Source: Octopus sinensis (taxonomy: Eukaryota). Taken from it: a stretch of DNA of 27,990 nt. Positions 1 to 10,985 of this stretch are shown piece after piece; position 1 is the first letter of the stretch, and every line of letters begins with the position of its first letter. The position numbers were made by a program, and so were the translations under genes. The stretch is taken from positions 1 to 27,990 of the forward strand of contig NW_021827577.1 in NCBI RefSeq assembly GCF_006345805.1, read 5' to 3'. Below the pieces are notes generated by a model. It ran no database searches. It was not told the DNA's origin and saw only the letters and a list, made by a program, of their open reading frames with translations.

Positions 1-237
1 CAAGAAATTACAGCCATTCCACATGAAATGACCTGCCAAGTTATTGACACTTTCGTGAACGCCTTCGACAGTCTGTGGACAATAATGGATCCCATTTGAC
101 TGATTTAATTTTTAAAACAATGAAACAAAATGGCATAATATGTATTTTTCAAAAATAAAGACACTTTTTTGTTTCTTTACCTCATTTGCCTTTTATTTAA
201 CCTAAAAATGTGTCAGATCATTTTGCCTGACCCTGTA
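1..237 (+). mobile_element. 3' end of a Tc1/mariner-superfamily (DD37D/maT-like) DNA transposon: transposase C-terminus remnant, right TIR and TA target site
   Basis: 1-150 reads QEITAIPHEMTCQVID-(1-bp frameshift near 50)-FRERLRQSVDNNGSHLTDLIFKT, typical of DD37D transposase C-termini. It ends ...TTTTGCCTGACCCTG|TA (235|236-237), i.e. a CAGGG-type TIR plus TA. Confidence 0.7.
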
Positions 238-255
238 CATACATACATATATATT

Positions 256-1033
256 TTTATTTATTTTTTAAATTTAATTTAATTTTATTTTATCTAGTTT
301 CAGCTCACGAGCTGTGGTCAGGCTGGGGCACCGTCATTCGGTGTTGCTACATGATTTTACTTCACAAATGCTTTTAGCAATTGACATTTGGTGTATGTTG
401 GTTCATTTGGGACACCTGACAGGAAGAGGTCCAGTTTTATTTTAAAGACATCTGCATCCACCCCATGCAGGTCTCTCAGGTCCTTTGGGAGGATATTGAA
501 GAGCTGTGGACCTCTGAAGCCCAGGTTATCACTGTATCTTATCCTACATCTTCATGGCAAATTTGGAGTCCTTGGCACTATGCAGTGGCACCCAGTTCTA
601 GTATTTGTGTAACTCTCGATGCCAAAGTTTGGGACAAGTCCTTCCAGGATTTTCCAGATGTATATTAGGGCATATCTTTCTCGCCTATGCTCAAAGGAAT
701 AGAGTCTTAATCTCTTGAGTCTTTCCCAATAGCTTATACGCTGCACAGAGGTTATCTTCTTCATGTAGCTTAGTTGGATTGCCTCAAGTTCTGTGATTAA
801 TTTGACACTGGTTGGTGACCATAGCTGAGAGCAATAGTCAAAGTGGCTTAGGCCAACTGTCCTCCAGAGGACCATCATGGTTTCCTGGTCTCTTGTTCTA
901 AAAGTTCTATATGGAGGTGGGGGCATTGGCTACTACCACTTGACATCTATCCTTCAAAAAGTCATGAAGTCATTCTCTTAACTACACCGAGATCACACAG
1001 TTTATGACCACATCATTCCATGATTAACTTTAT
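256..1033 (-). mobile_element. 3' fragment of a CR1/L2-group LINE, same family as the element at 5.9-10.3 kb, with internal deletions
   Basis: The minus strand aligns by eye to 9065-10314 (FRTRDQETMMVLW...HFDYCSQLWSP...RLYSFEHRRERY). About 430 bp (equivalent to 9194-9622) and about 50 bp near the ORF2 end are missing. Same 3' terminus GGTGCCCCAGC..CAGCTC-GAGCTGAAACT followed by an A-rich tail. Confidence 0.92.
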
Positions 1034-1036
1034 ACG

Positions 1037-1107
<71 letters not shown>

Positions 1108-1315
1108 TACATATATACATAAATACATATATATTTACATATATACATAAATACATATATATTTACATATATAAATATGTAATTACATATATATATACAT
1201 ATATAATATGTAAATCAATATATACAAATACATATATACATATATAAATATGTAAATCAATATATACATATACATATATACATATATATATACACATACA
1301 TATATAGATATATAT
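1034..1315. repeat. (TA)n microsatellite with TACA variants
   Basis: Direct reading of the sequence. Confidence 0.97.
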
Positions 1316-1475
1316 GAAGTCATAAAACCACACTCCAAGTTTTCCAGCTATGCTGAGGTCACGCAGTTTGTGGCATATCATACCATGATACTCCTTGTCA
1401 AAAGCCTTTGCAAAATCAAGTTAGATTACGTCCACATTTGATTTGTAGAGTAACTGCCTCAACACCCCAGTCATA
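1316..1475 (-). mobile_element. 160-bp RT fragment of a related CR1/L2-group LINE subfamily
   Basis: Minus strand encodes ...[40 protein letters not shown], homologous to about 8989-9147. Both ends merge into TA repeats. Confidence 0.88.
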
Positions 1476-1524
1476 TATATATATATATATACACATATAC
1501 AATATATATATATATACATAACAT

Positions 1525-1598
<74 letters not shown>

Positions 1599-1709
1599 AT
1601 ATATGTATATTATATATATATATTGATATATATATATAATATATATATATATATGTGTGTATATATATATAATGTATATATATATATATATGTATATATA
1701 ATATATATG

Positions 1710-1744
<35 letters not shown>

Positions 1745-1786
1745 TATATGTATATATATATATATATTGTATATATATATAATATG

Positions 1787-1821
<35 letters not shown>

Positions 1822-1873
1822 GTATATATATTATATATATGTATATATATATATATAGATGTATATATATATG

Positions 1874-1911
<38 letters not shown>

Positions 1912-1914
1912 ATG

Positions 1915-1975
<61 letters not shown>

Positions 1976-2344
1976 GTATATATATATGTATATATATATG
2001 TATATATATATGTATATATATATGTATATATATATGTATATATGTATATATATATATATGTATATATATGTATATATATGTGTATATATGTATATGTATA
2101 TATATGTATATATATGTATATATATGTATATATATGTATATATATGTGTATATATATGTATATATATGTGTATATATATGTTATATATGTGATATATATG
2201 TGTATATATGTGTATATATGTATATATATGTGTATATATATGTATATATATGTATATGTATATATATGTATATATATATATATATATGTATATGTATATA
2301 TATGTATATATATATATATGTATATGTATATATATATGTATATG

Positions 2345-2375
<31 letters not shown>

Positions 2376-2509
2376 GTATATGTATCTATATATATAGGTA
2401 TATATATATATGTATATGTATATATATATATTGTATTGTATATATATATATATGTATATATAATATATATATATATGTATATTATATATATATATAGATA
2501 TATATAATG

Positions 2510-2541
<32 letters not shown>

Positions 2542-2563
2542 TATGTATATATAATATATGTAT

Positions 2564-2612
<49 letters not shown>

Positions 2613-2635
2613 TATATATATATATGTATATATAA

Positions 2636-2668
<33 letters not shown>

Positions 2669-4052
2669 GAATATATATATATATGTTATATATATATATG
2701 TATATATATGTATGTATATGATATATTTATATATATATTATGTATATATATTATATATATATATGTATGTATATATATATATCATATGTATGTATATATA
2801 TGTATATATATGTATATATATATGTATATATAGTATATATATATATGTATATAATGTATATATGTATATATATGTATATATAATGTATATATATGTATAT
2901 ATATATAGTATATATATGTATATATATGTGTATATATATGTATATAATATGTATATATGTATATATAATGTATATATATTATATATATATGTATATATAT
3001 GTTATATATGTATTTATATGTTATATGTATATATATGTATATATGTATATATATATGATATATATGTAATATATATGTATATATTGTATATAATATGTAT
3101 ATATATGTAATATATATGTATATATGTATATATATATATGTATATTTGTATATATATATGTATATATATGTATATATATATGTATATATGTATATTATAT
3201 GTATATGTATATATATGTATATATATATGTATATATGTATATATATATGTATATATATGTATATATATATGTATATATATATTGTATATTATGTATATAT
3301 ATGTAATATATATGTATATATAATGTATATATATGTATATATGTATATATATGTATATATATGTATATATATGTATATAAGTATATATATATGTATATAT
3401 ATGTATATATATGTATATATATATGTATATATGTATATATATATGTATATATATATGTATATATGTGTATATATGTATATATATATGTATATATATGTAT
3501 ATATATGTATATATATATGTATATATATGTATATATATGTATATGTATATATATGTATATATATGTATATGTATATATATGTATATATATGTATATGTAT
3601 ATATATGTATATATATGTATATGTATATATATGTATATATGTATATGTATATATATGTATATGTATATATATGTATATATATGTATATGTATATATATGT
3701 ATATATGTAATGTATATATATGTATATATGTATATGTATATATATAATGTATATATATGTATATATATATATGTATATATATGTATATATATATATGTAT
3801 ATATATGTATATATATGTATATATATATATGTATATATATGTATATATATGTATATATATATATATGTATATATGTATATATATGTATATATACATATGT
3901 ATATATATGTATACGTATATATATGTATATATACGTATATATGTATATATATGTATATATATATATATACGTATATATATGTATATATACGTATATATGT
4001 ATATATATGTATATAATATATACGTATATATATGTATATATACGTATATATG

Positions 4053-4084
<32 letters not shown>

Positions 4085-4335
4085 CGTATATATATGTATA
4101 TATATATGTATATATTATGTATACGTATATATATGTATATATACGTATATATGTAATATATGTATATATATATATATACGTATATATAGTATATATACGT
4201 ATATATGTATATATATGTATATATATATATGTATATATATATATACGTATATATATGTATATATATACGTATATATATACGTATATATATGTATATATAT
4301 GTATATATGTATATATATGTATATGTATATATATG

Positions 4336-4386
<51 letters not shown>

Positions 4387-4783
4387 GTATATATATGTAT
4401 ATATATATGGATATATATGTGTATATATATATATATATGTATATATGTATATATATGTATATATATGTATATATATATATGTATATATGTATATATATAT
4501 ATGTATATATATGTATATATATATATGTATATATATGTATATATATATATGTATAATATGTATATATATATATGTATCTATATATATGTATCTTATATAT
4601 GTATATATATATATGTATCTATATATATGTATCTATATATATGTATCTATATATATGTATATATATATATGTATATATATATGTATCTATATATATATGT
4701 ATATATATATGTATCTATATGTATATATATATATGTATATATATATATGTATATATATGTATATGTATATATATATGTATATA
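1476..4783. repeat. About 3.3-kb compound (TA)n / (TATG)-variant microsatellite array
   Basis: Almost continuous alternating purine-pyrimidine sequence with zones of local variants. All Y/I/M/C-rich ORFs here are artefacts of the repeat. Confidence 0.98.
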
Positions 4784-5305
4784 AATGGCGCCGAACTAAC
4801 AAGTGTGTTAACGTGTCTCTCCTAAATATTAAAGAAGTCCTTCCAGAGATCGATGTTATCAGAAGCGAAATTGACTGCAAAGCGAATATAAGTGAGAGTA
4901 CAACAAGTCACTGTATTTGAGAAGAATATTTTCGCTTTTGATATAGTATTTTGCAACTAGAACATACTCGCGAATAAACGTGTTAAAACGCACGTGTGTT
5001 ACTTCCCGAAATCGAAGTGAATTTTATTCTTCATCTGTGAATCAACAAGACACAGGATATTTTCGTTTTTGATGTATATCTGCGTGTTCTGAAAAAAGCC
5101 TCTGAAAAATTTGCTGCTTAATACCAAATCGCTTAGGAAAATACAGAAAGTATCCTCAAACTGTTGCATGTGCTAAATCGAAACTCAAATCCCTTTTGTT
5201 TACAAAATACGCTTAAGGAATATAAAAGTTCTGTCTTGTCTATCTATCTTCCTTTCTCATAAAAAGGAATCACGTAAGTACTCTCTCAGCCGGTAAGGTA
5301 AGGAA
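4784..5305 (+). promoter_or_regulatory. CpG-rich promoter-like region with putative short non-coding first exon (about 5252-5273)
   Basis: CpGs are frequent compared with the unique DNA at 22-27 kb. YY1-like AAATGGCG at 4783-4790, E-box CACGTG at 4991-4996, TATAAAAG at 5221-5228, TCT-type initiator TCCTTTCT at 5250-5257 (C5252 is 31 nt from the TATA T). Donor-like GTAAGT at 5274 and GTAAGG at 5293 and 5298. Confidence 0.5.
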
Positions 5306-5356
5306 GATATTATTTATTTTGTTATCATTAGTGTTCTTTCAAACAGAAAATAATAA

Positions 5357-5660
5357 TATATCTATGTGTATGTATATGTGTGTGTTAGAAGTATAGTCGC
5401 AAATATTATTTGTCACATGCGTGTATATATCTGTATGTATATGTATATGTGTATCGAATTATTGTTTTATATCTCCGGAATTTCTTGTGTTTGTTAGAAG
5501 TATAGTCGCAAATATTATTTCTCACATGCGTGTATATATCTGTATGTATATGTATATGTGTATCGAATTATTGTTTTATATCTCCGTAATTTCTTGTTTT
5601 ACCGTTAACTCCCGTATATCTATGTGTATGTATATGTGTGTTTTAGAAGTATAGTCGCAA
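5357..5660. repeat. Young 109-bp tandem duplication with a partial third copy
   Basis: GTTAGAAGTATAGTCGCAAATATT...AATTTCTTGT starts at 5384 and 5493 with very few differences. 5357-5402 recurs at 5615-5660. Confidence 0.93.
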
Positions 5661-5929
5661 TTAGTTTTTATTTTAGAAGACATTGTCTGTAGCGACGGAC
5701 AAATATATATTTTCTTTTCTCTTTTCCTCTGCTTAAATTCTGTAAAATCTCTTGGATTGTTTTCTTTCAGCTATTTCATTATTATTATTATTGTTTCTTT
5801 ATATACTCACTTGGTACTACTGTTTATATATGTGCATGTGCACACATGTGTATATGTGTGTATATGTATGTATGTATACGCGTGTGTGTGTGTGTACAAA
5901 TAGCTTCGTTTAGAATTCTCCCCTCTCTG

Positions 5930-6150
5930 TCTGTCTCTTCAGTTCTCTCCCTCACGCTTCTCCTTGTCTCTTCATAACTCTCATTCTATCTTACTCCCCT
6001 CTTTCAAATATATAAATTCTCTCTATATTTCTTCCTTCTCTCCCTATCTCTTCAGTTTCTCTCCCGCTTCTCCTTGTCTCTCCATTACTCTCTTCTATCT
6101 CTTCAGTTTCTCTCCCGCTTCTCCTTGTCTCTCCATTACTCTCTTCTATC
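5930..6150. repeat. Polypyrimidine 51-bp tandem repeat (two identical copies, 6044-6094 and 6095-6145, plus one diverged upstream copy), probably LINE 5' UTR
   Basis: The unit CTATCTCTTCAGTTTCTCTCCCGCTTCTCCTTGTCTCTCCATTACTCTCTT is read twice directly. A similar unit lies at about 5934-5995. Confidence 0.9.
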
Positions 6151-6378
6151 TTACTCTCCTCTCTCGGATACATATAAGGACATAGACGCTTTCTCTCTCT
6201 TCCTTCAGCTCTCAGTCTCTCCTCTTCCTCTTCTCTCTTACTCTCGGCTCCCAATTTCTCCTTAAGTACATAGACGCTCTCTTTCTCTACTTCCTCCCTA
6301 CCCCCTATTGCACTATTAGATTAATATAAATTAATATAATATAATTAGATAGATAGATAGATAGATAAAATATCAAGA

Positions 6379-7270
6379 ATGTCCAGAACCTGGAAACGTG
6401 ACGAACTGGCGTGGTTCCTGCGAGGATGGCAATGCGCTGACGGAGAAAATCCAAATAATATAATTACGGCTGCGCTGAAGAACAACGGATACAAAAGGAC
6501 GTCAGCTCAAATAGAGCGGAAGAAGCAAGAATTTATACGCTCCTACGCACTTGTCAGATCGCATATTAACACGCTGGATGCCATTTTTGACAGCGAAAAA
6601 CGCGAACAAAGTAAAGCTGGCAAGGATAGAAACGCGGGCACTGATGAGGAGGGTCACCCCCACCTGGTAGACGCCCAGGAAGAAAACTCCAGTGAGAGGC
6701 CTGCCCGGGAGATGAACCCAGGTGCGGATGCTCCTACCAGCACCAAAAGCCATGGACATGGAGATGAAAAACAAAAAAAGAAGAAGAAAAACTGAAGCTA
6801 AAACACAGACAAAGCCAAGGGGCAAGGCAGCCAGGGATAGAGGCAAACCTAACTATCCATATGCCAAAAAGGATGGAAACAAGCAGCGCACACGGGTATG
6901 TAGGTTCTACCTGAAAGGTGCCTGCCGGCATGGAGAGGAAGGTGCAGGCTGCCGCTTTGCACATCCGGGACCCTGCCACAGAAACCAACCACCGAAAGGA
7001 AATGGGATGGACCACGCATCACCTGCCCCAAAACGGAGGTACGCAGATGTGGTGCATACCACAAACCACCAACGTGTTGTTGAAAGGGCAGCTGCTGAGC
7101 AGGAATCTTTTTTGTGCATGGCACAAAAGATTGTACAGCAGCTAACCTGGCTCCATCAGGCTCAGGCTCGCAGATGGAACTGCCCACAGTTCACAAGACC
7201 GCCACAGCAGATGGACCCAGGGTGGACACCGCCGGCAACAGCATACACCTCACCTCGATGCTCCTACTGA
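6379..7270 (+). pseudogene. LINE ORF1 (about 296 aa if one extra A at about 6788-6792 is removed): Myb/SANT(trihelix)-like N-terminus, charged linker, CCCH zinc finger
   Basis: 6379-6795: W..DE...FL..W...I..AL...GY.RT..QI..K...F...Y pattern. The frame-2 continuation contains C-x7-C-x8-C-x3-H (CRFYLKGACRHGEEGAGCRFAH). The two frames join across an A-rich run. Confidence 0.75.
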
Positions 7271-10217
7271 ACATCAGAGGACTACTAACACACAGTAACA
7301 GGACAAAAGTCCCGTTCCTGAGAGACTTTGTCGCATGCAATCAAGCCTTATGCATAGCACTCACAGAAATGCATCTGAAACCGGACATAGCAGATGCAGA
7401 ATTACACATACTACAGTATGTTGTTCTACGGACCGACAGGAAAGAAAGGAGTCATGGAGGAGTTGCTATGTACATCCATGGGGACCTCACACCCCAGGTC
7501 CTTTTGTCATACTCAAACTCGGTGTGTGACACACTAATTGTACACATAAGGCAACTTGATGTAGTTGTGTGTGCTACATATCGCCCTCGAGATGCCCCAA
7601 GTCATATGGGCAAGTTTGAGGACTGCCTTTTAAAAATAGAAGAAGTTCTAATCACATTAGAACAACACATAAGTGTACTTCTCATGGGAGACTTCAATCT
7701 ACCCAATGTCAGATGGCCCGAGGGCCTTTCTCTCCCAGGAATGACAAGATGTGAACGAGGACAGGCGAGGTCCCTCCTGAACCTCATCAACACCCTGTAC
7801 ATGGAGCAAGTAATACTCCAACCAACCAGAGCAGGTAACACACTGGATCTCTGCTTCACAAATAATATGGATCTCATCCATAATGTGAAAGTGACACCGA
7901 CACTACTCTCGGATCACAACATGGTAGAGCTGACCATGTACGGGCCAAAAGAGAGCACAGACATGCAGCCTACAAGAAACCCTCAGAATCTTTCCAGCTT
8001 GAACTTCAATAAGGCAAACTGGAAACAAATTGAGAAAGAGATCCTCAAACAAAACTGGCCTGAATGTCTCTCCTCGCCGGACATCGACATGATACTTCAA
8101 CAATTCATGTCTGTAATGCAAGCCATATGCTACAAATGTGTCCCAGAGAGAAAGGCCATTGTACACAAGAACAAAATCCCCAGAGAGAGGAAAATTTTAA
8201 TGAGACGGCGTACAAAAATTTCAAATCGCCTAAACAAACAAATTGAAAGCAGTGAAAAGTCCCGCCTGAAAATAAAACTGTTAGAAATTGAAAATTGTCT
8301 GCAACTCTCCCATGAGAAGGAGAGAGCAGACAAAGAAGCCTGGGCTATAGACAACATAAAAACTAACCCCAGAGCTTTCTACAGGTATGCCAAAGAAACA
8401 GCTACGGTGTACTGTAGGATAGGGCCACTCCTTGAAAAGGATGGCACACTCACAGGAAAACCAATGAGGGTAAGTGAAATACTGAATGAACAATTCAAGA
8501 GTGTTTTCACTCCACCCCTTGGGCATGTCCAAATCAGCAATCCAACTGACTTCTTTACCACTGCAGATATAGAATCAGAGGCGGCGACGATAAATTACAT
8601 CGATATAAAGGAAGACGATGTAATAAAGGCTATAGATGAAATGAAAACAGACTCAGCTATTGGCCCCGATGGATTCCCGGCAATCCTCCTAAAAGTATGT
8701 AAGAGAGTCCTAGCAAGACCACTGCAGTTCCTCTTTCAGAGCTTCCTTGCAGCTGGCAAACTTCCAAGAAAATTGAAGGAAGGTAAAATATGCCCTATTC
8801 ATAAAGGAGGTAGCAGAGCGGAGGCCAAGAACTACAGACCTATCTCTCTGACCTCACACATCAGCAAGGTCATGGAACGAATAGTCAGAAGGAAACTAAT
8901 CACCTTCCTTGAAGAAAATGACTTGCTGCCTGACACCCAACATGGTTTCCGACCAGGAAGAAGCTGCTTAACTCAGCTCCTGCAGCACTATGACTGGGTG
9001 CTGAAACAACTGCTCAACCACTCAAATGTGGAAGTCATATATCTCGACTTCGCAAAGGCCTTCGATAAAGTCGATCATGGAATGATATGTCACAAACTGC
9101 GTGATCTTGGCTTAGTTGGAAAACTAGGAGAATGGCTTCATGACTTTCTGAAGAATAGAAGTCAGGTGGTAGCAGCCAACCAACCACTTCCATTAGCATG
9201 CAAATAGTGAGCGGTGTTCCACAGGGCACCGTTTTGGGAACACTACTGTTCATAATGGCCCTCTCAGACATGCCCTCAGCCACACGGAGAGCCACGATCA
9301 CAAGTTATGCAGATGATACAAAAGTTTCACAGGCAATACAGAACCCTGAAGACACTAAGCACCTGCAATGTGAGCTGGACGAAATATACAAGTGGGCTGA
9401 AAAGAATAGCATGCAGTTCAATGCTGAAAAGTTTCAAGCTTTATACTATCAGCATGCAAAACTGAATGCAATACCCAATGAATACACTGGACCCGGAGGG
9501 ATTGCAATCCCAGAGGCACGATCAGTGCGTGACCTGGGTATTCACATGAGTGATGACGCGACCTTTCATGTACATGTTGCTAAACTGACAATGAAATGCA
9601 GACAGCTGGCTGGCTGGATTCTTAGAACCTTTAGAACAAGAGAACAAGAAACCATGATGGTCCTCTGGAAGACACTTGTCCTAAGCCACTTTGACTATTG
9701 CTCTCAGCTATGGTCACCATCCAGTGTCAAGTTGATCACAGAACTTGAGGCGATCCAACGAAGCTACACGAAGAAGATAGCCTCTGTGCAGCATATGAGC
9801 TACTGGGAGAGACTCAAGAGTTTAAAGCTCTATTCCCTGGAGCGTAGGCGAGAAAGATATGCCATAATATATATCTGGAAGATCCTGGAAGGTCTTGTCC
9901 CAGACTTTGGCATCGAGAGTCACACAAACGCCAGAACCGGATGCCACTGCGTAGTACCAAGGACTCCAAATTTGCCATCAAGATGTAGGACATGATATTG
10001 TGATAGCCTGGGCTTCAGAGGCCCACGGCTCTTCAATGTCCTCCCGAAGAACCTGAGAGACCTGCATGGTGTAGATGCGGATGTCTTTAAAGTAGGACTG
10101 GATCTCTTCCTGTCAGGTGTCCCGGATGAACCAACTTCACGGCAGGAGGTGCAGATGAGGGCAGCTGCATCAAACTCTCTCATGCATCAGATGGCGTTTG
10201 CTAAAAAGCATCCGTGA
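7258..10217 (+). pseudogene. LINE ORF2: apurinic-like endonuclease plus reverse transcriptase, with one frameshift (about 9181) and one premature TGA (9993-9995)
   Basis: APE motifs LNIRGL, LTEMHL, MGDFN, LDLCF, SDHN. RT motifs [44 protein letters not shown]. The frame continues past the TGA through ...VPDEP...RAAASNSL to a stop at 10215-10217. Confidence 0.95.
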
Positions 10218-10314
10218 GGTAAACCCGTGTAGCAAACCAAATGGCGGTGCCCCAGCATGGCCACAGCTCATTAGCTGAAACTGGAAAAATCAGAAATCAA
10301 AATCAAAATCAAAT

Positions 10315-10597
10315 ATGTATATTATATATGTATATAATATATATATATAATATATATATGTATATTAATATGTATATAATATATATAATATATATATGTA
10401 TATTATATATGTATATAATATATATATATAATATATATATGTATATTATATATGTATATAATTATATATATATAATATATATATGTATATATATATATAT
10501 ATATAATATATATATGTATATAATATATATATATAATATATATATGTATATAATATATATATATAATATATATATGTATATAATATATATATATGAT
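10315..10597. repeat. (TA)n microsatellite with TAA/TG interruptions
   Basis: Direct reading; lies between the LINE tail and the RTE tail. Confidence 0.96.
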
Positions 10598-10765
10598 ATC
10601 ATCATCATCATCATCATCATTTAGCGTCCGCTTTCCATGCTAGTATGGGTTGGACGGTTCAACTGGGGTCTATGAAGCCAGAAGGCTGCATCAGGCCCAG
10701 TCTGATCTGGCAGTGTTTCTACGGCTGTATGCCCTTCCTAACGCCAACCACTCCGTGAGTGTAGT

Positions 10766-10985
10766 GGGTGCTTTTTACATGCCACCCGCACAGGTTCCAG
10801 ACGGAGCTGGCAAATGGCCACGGACGGATGGTGCTTTTTATGTTCCACCGGCACGGAGGCCAGGCGAGGCTGGCAATGGCCACGATTGGATGGTGCTTTT
10901 TACGTGCCACCAGCACGGAGGCCAGTCGGGGCGGCACTGGCAACGGCCACAGTCGGATGGTTTGCTTACTTGTCATCGGCACTGG
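10766..10985. repeat. About 60-67-bp imperfect tandem repeat (3 copies plus a partial) in the RTE 3' UTR
   Basis: GG(A)TGGTGCTTTTTA..TGCCACC.GCAC...CTGGCAA.GGCCAC recurs at about 10766, 10826, 10888 and 10955. Confidence 0.9.

Larger units (their letters stand above)
5915..10314 (+). mobile_element. Near full-length CR1/L2-group non-LTR retrotransposon (LINE); 5' boundary approximate
   Basis: ORF1 plus ORF2 (APE endonuclease and RT), a short 3' UTR with a stem-loop (10264-10277), and an (AAATC)n-like tail at 10286-10314. No TSD recognised. Confidence 0.93.

Noticed and set aside
294-330. LINE 3' stem-loop followed by GAAAC as a hammerhead core
   Set aside because: No CUGANGA upstream in any of the three ends; better explained as an RT recognition stem-loop.
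1020-4920. Many long Y/I/M/C/V-rich ORFs in the ORF track (also at 10.3-10.6 kb and 14.1-14.5 kb)
   Set aside because: TA/TG repeats lack stop codons in several frames; these are not proteins.
6770-6795. A-rich run in ORF1 as a programmed frameshift site
   Set aside because: The shift needed is +1, there is no X-XXY-YYZ heptamer in frame, and homopolymer indels are common mutations or sequencing errors.
9993-9995. In-frame TGA in ORF2 as selenocysteine or programmed readthrough
   Set aside because: The sibling copy has AGA (Arg) here; a CGA>TGA or AGA>TGA substitution is simpler.
10766-10985. Regularly spaced repeats (also 5384-5600 and 6044-6145) as a CRISPR-like array
   Set aside because: Head-to-tail tandem units without unique spacers, in eukaryotic TE context, with no cas genes.
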